Part shown: positions 53,801 to 64,000 of the stretch, piece after piece
Layout of the letters: each line of letters begins with the position of its first letter
Position numbering within the stretch: position 1 is the stretch's first letter
Source of the DNA: Takakia lepidozioides
Lineage: Eukaryota; Plantae; Bryophyta
Reading direction: 5' to 3'
DNA: 64,000 nt
NCBI GenBank assembly: GCA_030704615.1
Contig: CM060731.1
Coordinates: forward strand, 89,466,001-89,530,000
Translations under genes and position numbers: made by a program
Notes under the pieces: generated by a model
Databases searched by the model: none
Seen by the model: only the letters and a program-made list of their open reading frames with translations
Told to the model about the DNA's origin: nothing

Positions 53801-54196
53801 TACTGCCACACAATAGGTGTGGTGTCCAATGGAGACAATTGAGGTGGTCCTGGTGCAATCCCCACACTCTCCTCCTCTCCTGACGGTACAAAAGCCTCCA
53901 CCCAGGCTTGTTGCACCCGTCGATCAGCATCCCGCTGCAAATCCTTGCTCGTGCCCCACAATGGAGTCTGAGCAACCATGGTAGGCAACTCCGCCATACC
54001 ATACATGTCATCCTGCTCTCCCGGAGGTGGTACATCCTCTGAATGAGCGTTGCCCTCAAGCAACTCTCTAGGCCAACTCACTGCCGCTGTGAATGCTGCT
54101 AGTGTCGGCATCTTGCCTCGCTGGGCAACCGCAACTCCTCCTATGAACGTCACAGGGAGCTGCACACGCCGGCCCTCCCCTGACTGCCATGCAGGC

Positions 54197-54620
54197 CTAT
54201 AGGAAGCTGACTCCTCCCAAAAATCCAGGGTGAAGCCCATGGGGTACAACACTGCCCCACCAACCAGGACATCGTATGAGACCGCGTCTGTCACAATGGC
54301 CCTTGGCTCGCATCACTGAGCCATCTGTAGGGTGATCCGGCCGTAGTCTGATAGCCAACTCACGCCGTGTCATGCCCCGAGCCTGCTCCGATCCTCCCAG
54401 AGACGTCTGTATCTGGAAAGGACAAGGCTCCATATCCGCCTCCGTGAGGCCCAAGCCTGCAATAGCAGCTCTGCCCAGCATCAATGGCTGAGCTCCCGAG
54501 TCCAACAAGACCCAGTGGCCGGTACCTCTTGCTGCCGGTCCACTCAAACAGAAAATGCCATCCTGGTTGTCTAACATGACAACTCCAGGTGTCACCATGG
54601 CGCGCTCAATGGCTGGCCTA
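54197..54620 (-). pseudogene. Retropepsin-type aspartic protease
   Basis: VLLDSGAQPLMLG active site. YDVLVGGAVL occurs downstream in the adjacent frame. Confidence 0.85.
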
Positions 54621-55267
54621 GCTGGCAGCTCCATCAACCTGGCAGCTGCAGCTTGCCATGGCGCCGCCGTGGCAGTCTTGACCCTCAAATCCGAGGATCC
54701 CTCCGGCTACACACCTCCCACTATCTCCGCAGAATGAAGTAACCTCCCCACTCTCACAGAGTGTAGCTGCCAGCCTGAACACCTCAGCTGGTCTTACCCC
54801 CGGCGTCGCAATCATGGTAGCCGAGAACAATGGAGCCTGGCACACAGATGTGGCCGCTCCTAGCAGCACACTAGCTGCCGTAGCCTTGGCAACACTAGGT
54901 AGTGGTGCTACCCGTGTAGCTCTCCCCAATGGCATAGTAACCTCCGCCTCGGTAACAGTCGGGCGAGAACTAGGTGCCATGGATGGCGTCGACACTGTCT
55001 CCGCCAATGTGAATGACTGAGGAAGCCTAGCCTGACGGCTTGCCTCCCCACGCTGTGGATCCAACTCCACCTCTGCACCTCGTGGCTCAGGAACTCGTGC
55101 TGCTCCTCGAGTCACGGCTGCAGCAGACTCCACCTGCACTAGTGGTAGTGCTGCTCCACACATGAATCCCATGCCTCCCATATCTCCTCCCTCAGGAGCA
55201 GGAGGTGGACCATCCGGCCTTAGAGCCGGTACCACCTGAGCTGTAGCCATGGCAGCGAGCCTCTGCT

Positions 55268-56227
55268 CTAGCTGCTGAAGCCGGTTGGCCATGCCTTGGT
55301 CAACACCCTGACCTCCGCGTCCTTGGCCATGTTGAGCTTGCCCTTGGCCTGCACCTCGTGGCTGGCCACCTCGTCCTCTCTGGGCTGCTCCACCTCGCCC
55401 CCGGCCACCATTGTTCCCTTGGAACTGGCTGGGCGCAACTCATGCAAACCATAACACTGGGCCTCTCCATGCCCGTGCTTGCCACAATGCCCACACTGCA
55501 ACTGTGCAGGCTGTGCATGTGCCGGCCCTTTGCCTCCCTCTGGGCAATCCTTCTTGACATGGGGTCCTCCACATGTCCAGCACACCACATCCGCCCGTTG
55601 TTGGCCAGCAAATGAAGGGAGAGACCCCTGCATCTGAGGTCCTCTCTGCCCTTCCCTCTTCACCTGAGCCCCCTTGTTGCCTTGAGCACGTTGAGGTAGT
55701 GGTTGGCTAGGAGCACCACTACCCCGTGGTGTCTCCTTAGCAAATCCCACCATGACCACTCGTTCCTCCACCATGTTGAGCTCTATCCGCTCTGCCAGCA
55801 AAAACACATTTGCTAAGGTGGGTTGGGCCGCTTGTAGGAGAGTTGCATCCCGCACCCTTCTCCTCAGCTCCTTGTCCAATATCCCATACCAGAATTGGAC
55901 TGCCTGAGCTTCCGTAACCCCTTGGGTTACATTTATCAAGCGCCTCATGCGAGTGAAAGCCTCCCTCAAGCTCTCGGTCGGCTTCCGTTGGAACTCTTGC
56001 AAGCTCCGCAACTTCTCTGTCCTCACCCCTTGGTAGTTCCCTCTCAACTCTTCGAAGAACTCCACAACAGGGTTGAAGGCAGGCACGGCTAGTGCTGGTG
56101 CGGTAGTGGCTTGGGTGGACGTCGTAGCTACTGTACCACCAGTCCCACTGCTGCTTGCTGAAGCTGCCGGTGCAGCGGCAGGTGTAGCCACTGCCCTCGT
56201 GGCTCTAGTGCCCCTAGTGATGGACAT
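55268..56227 (-). CDS. Gag with two zinc knuckles
   Basis: Capsid-like LQEFQRKPTESLREAFTRMRRL...AVQFWYGILDKELRRRV, then CWTCGGPHVKKDC and CGHCGKHGHGEAQC. Confidence 0.88.
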   Translation of the reverse strand: MSITRGTRATRAVATPAAAPAASASSSGTGGTVATTSTQATTAPALAVPAFNPVVEFFEELRGNYQGVRTEKLRSLQEFQRKPTESLREAFTRMRRLINVTQGVTEAQAVQFWYGILDKELRRRVRDATLLQAAQPTLANVFLLAERIELNMVEERVVMVGFAKETPRGSGAPSQPLPQRAQGNKGAQVKREGQRGPQMQGSLPSFAGQQRADVVCWTCGGPHVKKDCPEGGKGPAHAQPAQLQCGHCGKHGHGEAQCYGLHELRPASSKGTMVAGGEVEQPREDEVASHEVQAKGKLNMAKDAEVRVLTKAWPTGFSS

Positions 56228-57354
56228 AGTCGGGTGACCAGTACATCCTCCACTCCTCGATCTCAACCTCATGCCCCCGCCTGAACTCATGGTAATCATC
56301 CATAGGCGGCCCCTCAAGGTGCTGAAACACCCCTTCCATGCCATGAAAGGCGTAAATAGTTGTGGATTGCGCATTTGCTGCAAATCACACCCAACTATCA
56401 AACTCTTGGATAAAATCATCCAACTCGATGGTGCCCACCGCCCCAGAGTACCTTCGTGGCCCCTTGGTAGCTCCATACATCTCCTCCATTGTGTCCCACA
56501 ACAATGGCAAAGAACAACTTGCACCGCCGGTATGAGTCCTCCTGATTCACAATCCGAATCAGAACCTTCCGTAGAAGACAGGAGGTGAAGGTGGCCTAAA
56601 CCGCACACCTCGTCTCGTGTACCCACTAGTATCGCTAGTGCTCGAACCGGCACTGTCCCCAGCAACTAGTGGCACCTCCGTGTTGACACTCAACCGGTCA
56701 TGAACATGTCCCTAACCCCTCTCCACAAGGTAACCGGGTAGAGAACCTGTTGCGGCTTATGGTTTGGAATACTAAGTTCCTAACATAGCCTACACCTGTA
56801 CCTGCATCCACCGCAAGCACTCCTATGGTTGGCTGGTCATCACCTCCAACCTCACCACAGGAGAAACAATGATGGTCTGGCTGGTCATCACCCAGCCTCA
56901 CCATCGACAGCATGCTCTAGGACTGGCCGGTGATCAAATCCGGACCAATCACCTATAAAAACAAGCGCCCACACAAAACTAATGGCGCACAGTCAAGCAT
57001 GCAGGTATGGAGGGGATCCAACACAAGAAATCAGAACGACAACTCCCCCACACCAAAAACAACTCCACGGTGTTGCTCCTGCAAGGACACCCCAGCCCAA
57101 ACCGGACTGACTCTTGCCTCCACCTACGGAAAGGTCTTGGCCTAATGAGAGGTGGAAAACTACGAGGAAGAGAAGCTAAAGCAATGCCTAACCCCAGCAT
57201 GCCCTCATCCCAACACCTTCCTCTCCTCTCTTCCCTCACTTGCATGACCATGGGAATATCATGAAGATACTCCTCAAACCGCCCTCCACGAGCTTCAAAA
57301 TTCGGCCTTCAGACCACATGCCAGTCCTTAGGCAGTCCACCAGTGCCTCCACGA

Positions 57355-58165
57355 GTCAGCACAGCACGTCACAGCCTCAAAGGCCTCGGGCACGGCCTGT
57401 CACAGCCCCTCACAGCCCCTCACAGCCGCAAAGGCCTCAGGCACGGCCTATCACAGCCCCTCACAGCCCATCACAGCCCCAAAGGCCATGGGCACAGCCT
57501 GTCACAGCCCGTCACAGCCCCACAGGCCTCAGGGCACAGCCTGTCACAGCCCCGCACAGCCCCACAGGGCACAGGGCATAGCCTGTCACAGCCCATCACA
57601 GCCCATCACAGCCTCAAAGGCCTCAGGCACGGCCTGTCACAGCCCCTCACAGCCCATCACAGCCCCAAAGGCCATGGGCACAGCCTGTCACAGCCCGTCA
57701 CAGCCCCACAGGCCTCAGGACACAGCCTGTCACAGCCCCCAAAAGGCCACTGGGCACAGCCTGTCACAGCCTGACACAGCCCGTCACAGCCCCACAGGGC
57801 ACAGGGCACAGCCTATCACAGCCCATCACAGCCTGTCACAGCTTGCCACAGCCTGTCACAGCCCGTCACAGCCGCAAAGGCCTCAGGCACGGCCTGTCAC
57901 AGCCCCTCACAGCCCATCACAGCCCCAAAGGCCATGGGCACAGCCTGTCACAGCCCGTCACAGCCCCACAGGCCTCAGGGCACAGCCTGTCACAGCCCCG
58001 CACAGCCCGTCACAGCCCCAAAGGCCACTGGGCACAGCCTGTCACAGCCTGACACAGCCCGTCACAGCCCCACAGGGCACAGGGCACAGCCTATCACAGC
58101 CCATCACAGCCTGTCACAGCTTGCCACAGCCCGTCACAGCTTGCCACAGCCTGTCACAGCCCCAC
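57355..58165. repeat. 10-bp-based minisatellite (cacagcc-tgt/cat/cgt) with higher-order repeats in the retroelement 5' leader
   Basis: About 800 bp of tcacagccNN units with recurring aaggcctcaggcacggcc and aaggccatgggcacagcc blocks. Confidence 0.95.
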
Positions 58166-59697
58166 ACATGGCCGCTCTGGCAGTTTAGCCATTTCTCCAA
58201 GGGGTTTAGCCACGCCAAGCTAGGGTTTGTGTCTCTTGGACTCTAGGCTTCTTTCCACCGAGCTATGGTGGCTGTGAGGAAATCAGCAAGGTATCCTTGC
58301 TCTTTCGGCTCCCACACACCACCATAGTAGCCCTAAGCCATGAGGTGGTTGCCACAAACCAAGCCTTCTTTCTCACTTAGCCTCCCCAAACACGCCACTA
58401 AACTCAATGGCAAACAACCAAGCCCTGCTGGTTCCCAGCCCTTGTGAGCACTCATTCAAGCACTCTCATTGGCCATAACATCTGTCTTAGAGCCTATTCC
58501 AGCCCTCTACACCTGTTGCTTCAAGAGTTGCGCTCCCTTCAAGCTTGAAGTTGAAACCCCAACTCACATAGGCCCTACAAGTGCTTTTCTTTCACTCCAA
58601 GTGGAAACCAGCCCTAGACCTTCCGTTCTAGCTCTCTAAGGCTTGAAAACAAGAGCCTCAATGGGCTGAAGGCATGCTCCACACATGCCCCACTCTCACC
58701 ATAAGAGAATCAGCTCATTTGCTTCATTTCTTGCATCCACAAACCTGAAAATACAAGCTTCAGCAGGCTGAAAGCATGCTCTACATGCCCTACAGGGAAA
58801 CCAGCCCCTTCCTTCCTTCCTTGCACTCCACACCTAAAAGTGCAAGCCTTCACCAGGCTGACAGCATGCTCCACACATACATTGCCCTCACATAAGGGAA
58901 GTCAGCCCTTCCCTCTTCCTTGCTTGCCCTCCAAGCTTGAAGATGGAAGCTTCAATGAGCTGAATACATGCTCCACACATGCAACCTCTTCACACAAGAG
59001 ATATCAGCCCCCTATCTTGGCTCCTTGGCTCCTTGATGCTCTCTATGACAAAACTAAGCACTCCATAGCCTTTGTCAAGCTCCTGAAACCCTAAGGCTTA
59101 TATTTCCAGCCACAAGACACTTCTCTTGTGGTGCAAGAACTCTTCTTCCAAGCTCTGAAACCCTAGGTGCACATTCCATGGCCTTGCCGCACCTCTTAGC
59201 TCCTGTTCCAGCCCTGCTCTTGCCATGACAAGAGCCCTCTCAATGCTGAAGCTCGAGATTGAAACCCAATCTCACCATACTCCACAAAGTGCACTGATTT
59301 GCCCCAAGCAAAATCAGCCCTTTCGCTTGGTCTTGCAATCCTTCACACAATGAAAGCTCGCATTCCCAAGTCCAGTTCTCAGCTTTGCCACCAAAGCCAC
59401 TATAACCTGCTCTTGACTAGTCCTCTTCCCAATCGTGCTTGCTCATGCATGTACACAATCTGAAACCATCAAGGTGCTCTGAAATTACCTGCAGCATGGT
59501 GCTTTCATCTCTGAAGCTGAAGATCGAATGCCAAGGTCTACCACCTCGTAACCCACATCGCCTCCGCTTCTAACAACCAAGAGCTCCATGGTGCTCCTTG
59601 CATAACAACTTGGTTTCTCTCAATCTCAAGCAAAAACCACAAGTGCTACAACTAACTCGTATCTAGCACTCATAGATACGAGCTGATCTTTCTCGAG

Positions 59698-60024
59698 TGA
59701 TAAAGAAGAAGAATACAAGCACAAGCTCATGCGAGCTCACAAAGCTGAAGCATAAACTCATGCATATATAACCTCATCACTCAAATACAAGTCAAGCCAA
59801 GTGCACCCCACGCCATGGGGAATCCACACTACGGCGCCATAGCTAGGCGTGGTGAGGCTCAACTTGAGAAAGATGAGCCTCCCGCGCTTGCCGTGAAGAT
59901 AACCACTCCAGGGCCTAAATCTGCCTTGACCCCTGGATTGACACTTGGGCCAATCCCAAATGTCAATATGTAAAAGCTAGCTATTTCCTAGCTAGTTTCA
60001 CACTAGTGGTAAAATAACTTGACA
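59698..60024 (-). repeat. 5' terminal repeat B1
   Basis: 327-bp direct repeat of 49197-49523. On the minus strand it reads TGTCAAG...TTTATCA. Confidence 0.95.
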
Positions 60025-60124
60025 ATGACTGCATCACTGCAACGTCACCGTGCCTCCTATGTCATAATATGAACAAGTGTCACATCGTTGTTGGTCCACT
60101 CACAAGATGACTATTGGGATGCAG

Positions 60125-63100
60125 GGATGTGAATATTCAAATGATGAAGACGAAGGCCCTGCGGCACAGCGGGAGCCCAATGTCACAGAGAACGCAGATG
60201 AGAGTGGTGGATTGGAGGTAGAAATGCAGCGTGCATTGCAGGAAGCGTTTCTCTTTGCAGATGCAAACAGAGAGGACCCCATTCATGGTGGAACCGATCA
60301 CACATTTGCCGATCATGACAATGATCTCGACGATTCCGGAGACAATGAATTTGATGAGAATGCTCACCTGCACGTTAATCCCGAGTATGATAAACTCTTC
60401 CGACAGTCGCAATGTCCACTTTTTGAAGGGTACTCCAACAGCCGGCTGCAAGCAACTTTGACGTTGCTGAACGCATGCACTACCCACAAGTGCACCAATG
60501 CATTTGTGGATGAGCTTATGGGATTGTTGCGTAAGAGTTTTTTGCCTAAAGAGAATTCATTGCTAAAAACTCACTATGAAGCAAAAACCATGATTGCCAA
60601 GATGGGATTGCAGTACACCATGATTCATGCCTGTGAGTGTGGTTGTGTACTCTTCCGTGGGGAGTATGAGAATGTAGACATTTGCCCAGTGTGCCGCAGT
60701 TCCCGTTACATTCCAGGTCGTGGAAGTGTGCCCAAGAAAGTATTGCGACACTTCCCTGTCATTCCAAGGTTGAAACGTATGTACCGATGTAAATCGATCG
60801 CGAACCTCATGACATGGCATAACAGACATAAGAGCCAGGATGGGTTGGTTCGACATCCAACTGATAGCAAAACATGGAGACACATTGACACCACATTTGA
60901 GGATTTTGCTGCAGAGCCACGATCTCTGCGATTTGGATTGGCCTTAGACGGAGTAAATCCCTACGGAGCTCAATCCACAAGTTGGAGCACATGGCCCGTT
61001 CTCTTGGTCAATTACAATCTGCCTCCGTGGTTAATGACCAAAAAGTTTGTTGTCATGTTAGCGCTACTGATTCCTGGTAAGGAGTCTGTTACCTCGGACA
61101 ACGTAGATGTTTACCTGATGCCCCTAGTGGAAGAACTACTGGAACTATGGAGAGGGATTGCAGCTCATGATGTTTCCTGTCCTCGTGGTCAACGCGAATT
61201 CACACTGAGGGCAGTGTTGATGTGGTCAATCCATGACTACCCTGCATATGGCTTGCTCTCAGGTCAAGTGACGAAAGGTTATGCTGGTTGTCCAGCTTGT
61301 GGACCCGGGGTGACTTCACAGCAGTTACACACATGTGGAAAAATTGTTTTCCTAGGCCACCGAAGATTTTTGGCCCGCAATCATCCATATCGAAGGTCAA
61401 GAATGTTCAATGGCGCTACTGAGCATGGAACTCCTCCAAAAACGCAGACTGGAACACAAATCAAGGAGCTTGCAACAGCTCGCACTGCATGGGTGGAAAA
61501 CGGAGGGACGCCAGATAGCAGGACAGACCCAGCGAAAATGGAGTTAAGTGATTGTCAATTTTATATGTCTTACCTTATTGGGAGGTAATTCCTTCATGGC
61601 CTTTAAATTGGCAGTGTACATTTTTGCGTTTTCTGTTTAAATTGTGATGAGTAAATGCTCAATTGCTTATGTGTTCATTTTGTAGGGTCTCCTCATCCGC
61701 CACACGTTTGACGCAATGCATTGCGAGAAGAGCTTGGCTGAAAATATTATTAAAACTATCTTTGGTGAGAAAGACACATTGAAAGTTCGCCGTGATTTGG
61801 AGCTACTTGGGATGCGCCCGGAATTGTGGCTACAACGTGATCCTGACAGAGCAGATACGTCAATTATGCCTCCTGCCCCTTATGTCCTCACTGAGGCTGA
61901 GTTACAAGTCTTTCTAGAGATTGTGCAGAACTTGAAAGTGCCAACAGGCTACGCATCAGCTTTCAAAAAGCATGTGGTGAAGAAGAAGTTGTCTGGCATG
62001 AAATCACATGACTATCATGTGCTCATGCAGCAAATTATACCGCTTGCTATCCGTGGGCTCATGCCAAGTGGTCCTCGAAGGGCCATTTTGCGAGAATGTC
62101 GTGTATTTAAGAAGTTGTGTGCAAAAGTGGTGAATCCTGTAAAGTATGAGGAATTCAGAACTGAAGCAGTTCTCACTCTGTGTCTTATAGAGAAGGAGTT
62201 CCCACTATCATTTTTTGATGTGATGACACATCTGGTTGTTCACCTAGTGGATGAGTTGTACTTATGCGGGCCCGTAGCATCTCGTTGGATGTACCCCATG
62301 GAGCGGGCAATGAAAGATATGAAGGGCTACGTAAGAAACATGGCAAGGCCCAAGGGGAGCATGGCAGAAGGATACCAATTTGAAGAAGCATTGGGTTTTT
62401 GCACAGAGTATATGGCAGGATTTGATGGAAGTGTACGAAGGGTGTGGGATGCAGATGAGGCAGAATCTGTGGAACGTGAAGTTGTGGAAGGAAGTTCTAA
62501 AGCCCGAAAATTGAATGACCTGTGTGATATTGTACATGAGTACATCATTCAGAACCATCCTCGTATGTCAGTCATGTTGGGGTAAGAAATCTACTTCATT
62601 GACATTCAGATTTCCAAGTTTTAGTCATTTATCATTAGTTGGCATATGGCGTCTTTTCAAATCTCCCACGCCACCTCTGTCAATCTTTGGCTGACCCTCG
62701 GATTGTGACAGGATATATGAAGCAGAGTCCACACGGATAGAAGCCAGACGACGCTTGTTTCGTGAGGAGCAAGGGCTGGAAAACATGAGCAATCCCACGA
62801 CAATTCAGTACCCTCCTGATTTGCATCCTTGTCCTCCATTTGCTGTTTGGCTCCCTCAAGGTGTACGGGATCATCTCTCAATTCAATCAGATGGGCTTGA
62901 TCCTACAACACGTGAGGAATTACTGGATCTTTCAAGGCCTCCATCATTTACTGCCCTGTCATTCAAGAGTATGACAGCGTATGGTAACCATTACAGGGTT
63001 ACATCCCCCGGCATGAACACAACAAGTATGGTGTCTTTTGATTGTGGAGTCTCATCTGTTTTCCAGCACCAGCCCATTACCAACAATTCAGGCAATGACA

Positions 63101-63667
63101 TGGAGGAACCTACAAGATATGTGGGTCTTATAAGGGAGATTTTGCAAATTGACTATGGTCAAACACAGCCTATAGTGTTTTTGTGTTCGTGGGTACGGGC
63201 GAGTCGCGTGGGTCGTCAACCTATGTCAATGAAGCAGGATGATGCTGGCTTCATACTTTGTCAATTTTAACCGTATGCTTCCACCTTCTGAGCAACCTTT
63301 TGTGTTTCCTGGCCAGGTTGATCAAGTGTTTTTTTCTGATTGTGTGAAGGAGCCGGGGTGGAAAGTCGTCCTGGAGAAGAGCCCCTGAGCACGTAGAGTG
63401 GTCTGCGATATATCAATTGATAATGATGATGTGGCGGAAGTGGAAGGATTGTTAGCCCCACAAAGACTAGAGGAGACTCTGGTTACTGATGGCCCAACAT
63501 GCAGCCGAGCGGTACCGGTTACTCCAGAGCAGGTGGCCTCCTTGTACCTCCGAGCACCCCGTATACGTGGTGATGATGTTCAGCCAACCCTTGGACAAGA
63601 TCAAGTCTGTGATGAAGATAATGATACATGTAGTGACCCAGACATAGATGAGGATGATGAAGATTAG
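60125..63667 (+). pseudogene. CACTA Tnp2/TnpD transposase (Transposase_21, DUF4218 and DUF4216-like regions). Exons about 60125-61584, 61686-62580, 62712-63667
   Basis: IHACECGCVLFR, LRFGLALDGVNP, WPVLLVNYNLPP, SIHDYPAY, DAMHCEK, MKSHDYHVLMQ and RWMYPMER are present. There is a frameshift/stop near 61535-61550 and further lesions near 63270-63390. Confidence 0.95.
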
Positions 63668-64000
63668 ATATGCGCGATTTGTGCACTCCAGTTATAGACC
63701 ATGCATGATAGTTTAAGGTGGTAACACTCCCTTCGCATTCCCATTAAGATATCATGCTTGGACACTGGATTTTATGATCAATTACGGAGTGTTTTCCTTT
63801 CAGCACCCTTTATTCATTTGTTGTTGCAATTGGCTTTGGACCAACCCGTGCTGGTACCATTGCCATGGGTTGTGCCTGCAATGTTTTCTTGCCATGGATT
63901 CGGCACACGCCACGAAAGGCCATCCAGACCATCCTCTGGAAATGCTCCAATGTTGTTTCAAACATCTCCACATTGCAATGGATACAACACTGACATTAGA

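Larger units (their letters stand above)
49008..60024 (-). mobile_element. Complete Ty3/Gypsy-type retrotransposon with split terminal repeats, encoding gag-PR-C5 MTase-RT-(deleted RH)-IN-PHD
   Basis: Termini are TGTC...GACA. TSD ATGA at 49004-49007 and 60025-60028; its removal restores the host atatgact motif. Domain order is PR-RT-IN. Confidence 0.93.
43381..64000 (+). mobile_element. CACTA (En/Spm) transposon; left TIR at 43381, right end beyond the window
   Basis: Begins CACTACAACAGA. ATATGACTAC subterminal repeats span 43400-44050. It contains a Tnp2-type transposase and an ORF2-like gene. Confidence 0.85.

Noticed and set aside
52629-54059. Bacterial restriction-modification methylase or contamination
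   Set aside because: The domain is embedded in pol between protease and RT, inside a TSD-flanked element in a plant transposon intron. There is no cognate endonuclease.
57240-58246. Long ORFs over the minisatellite (also those over the 17.2-17.8 kb and 5.4-8.3 kb arrays)
   Set aside because: These are open frames produced by stop-poor tandem repeats, with no domain content.
49008-60024. DIRS/PAT/Ngaro tyrosine-recombinase element, suggested by the split repeats and a methyltransferase
   Set aside because: It encodes an aspartic protease and an HHCC/DDE integrase and has a TSD. No recombinase motif was seen. The MTase is C5-type, not the adenine type found in DIRS elements.

Overview
Eukaryotic, intron-containing, transposon-dense DNA. 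It is most likely from a non-seed land plant (bryophyte/lycophyte/fern grade); this is an inference from the PLS-class PPR-DYW remnants, the CACTA/Helitron/Ty3 content and a plastid-targeted GIY-YIG-like gene. There is one apparently intact host gene (about 29.3-33.3 kb, + strand). The rest is nested mobile DNA: two LTRs of an iMet-primed family, a Helitron fragment, tandem arrays, a kinase pseudogene, an Ulp1-carrying unit, scrambled PPR-DYW fragments and a CACTA element. The highlight is an 11-kb Ty3/Gypsy-type retroelement (49008-60024, - strand, 4-bp TSD ATGA). It encodes gag, protease, a DNMT3-like C5-cytosine methyltransferase, RT, a DDE integrase and a PHD finger. It has a self-complementary (tRNA-independent) primer site and split terminal repeats (B-internal-A-B-A). 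Its ends match a staggered cut in an LTR-internal palindrome GACA-GC-TGTC, which suggests integration from a 2-LTR circle. A second family member (42150) starts at the identical base. All domain calls are by motif recognition only; no searches were run.
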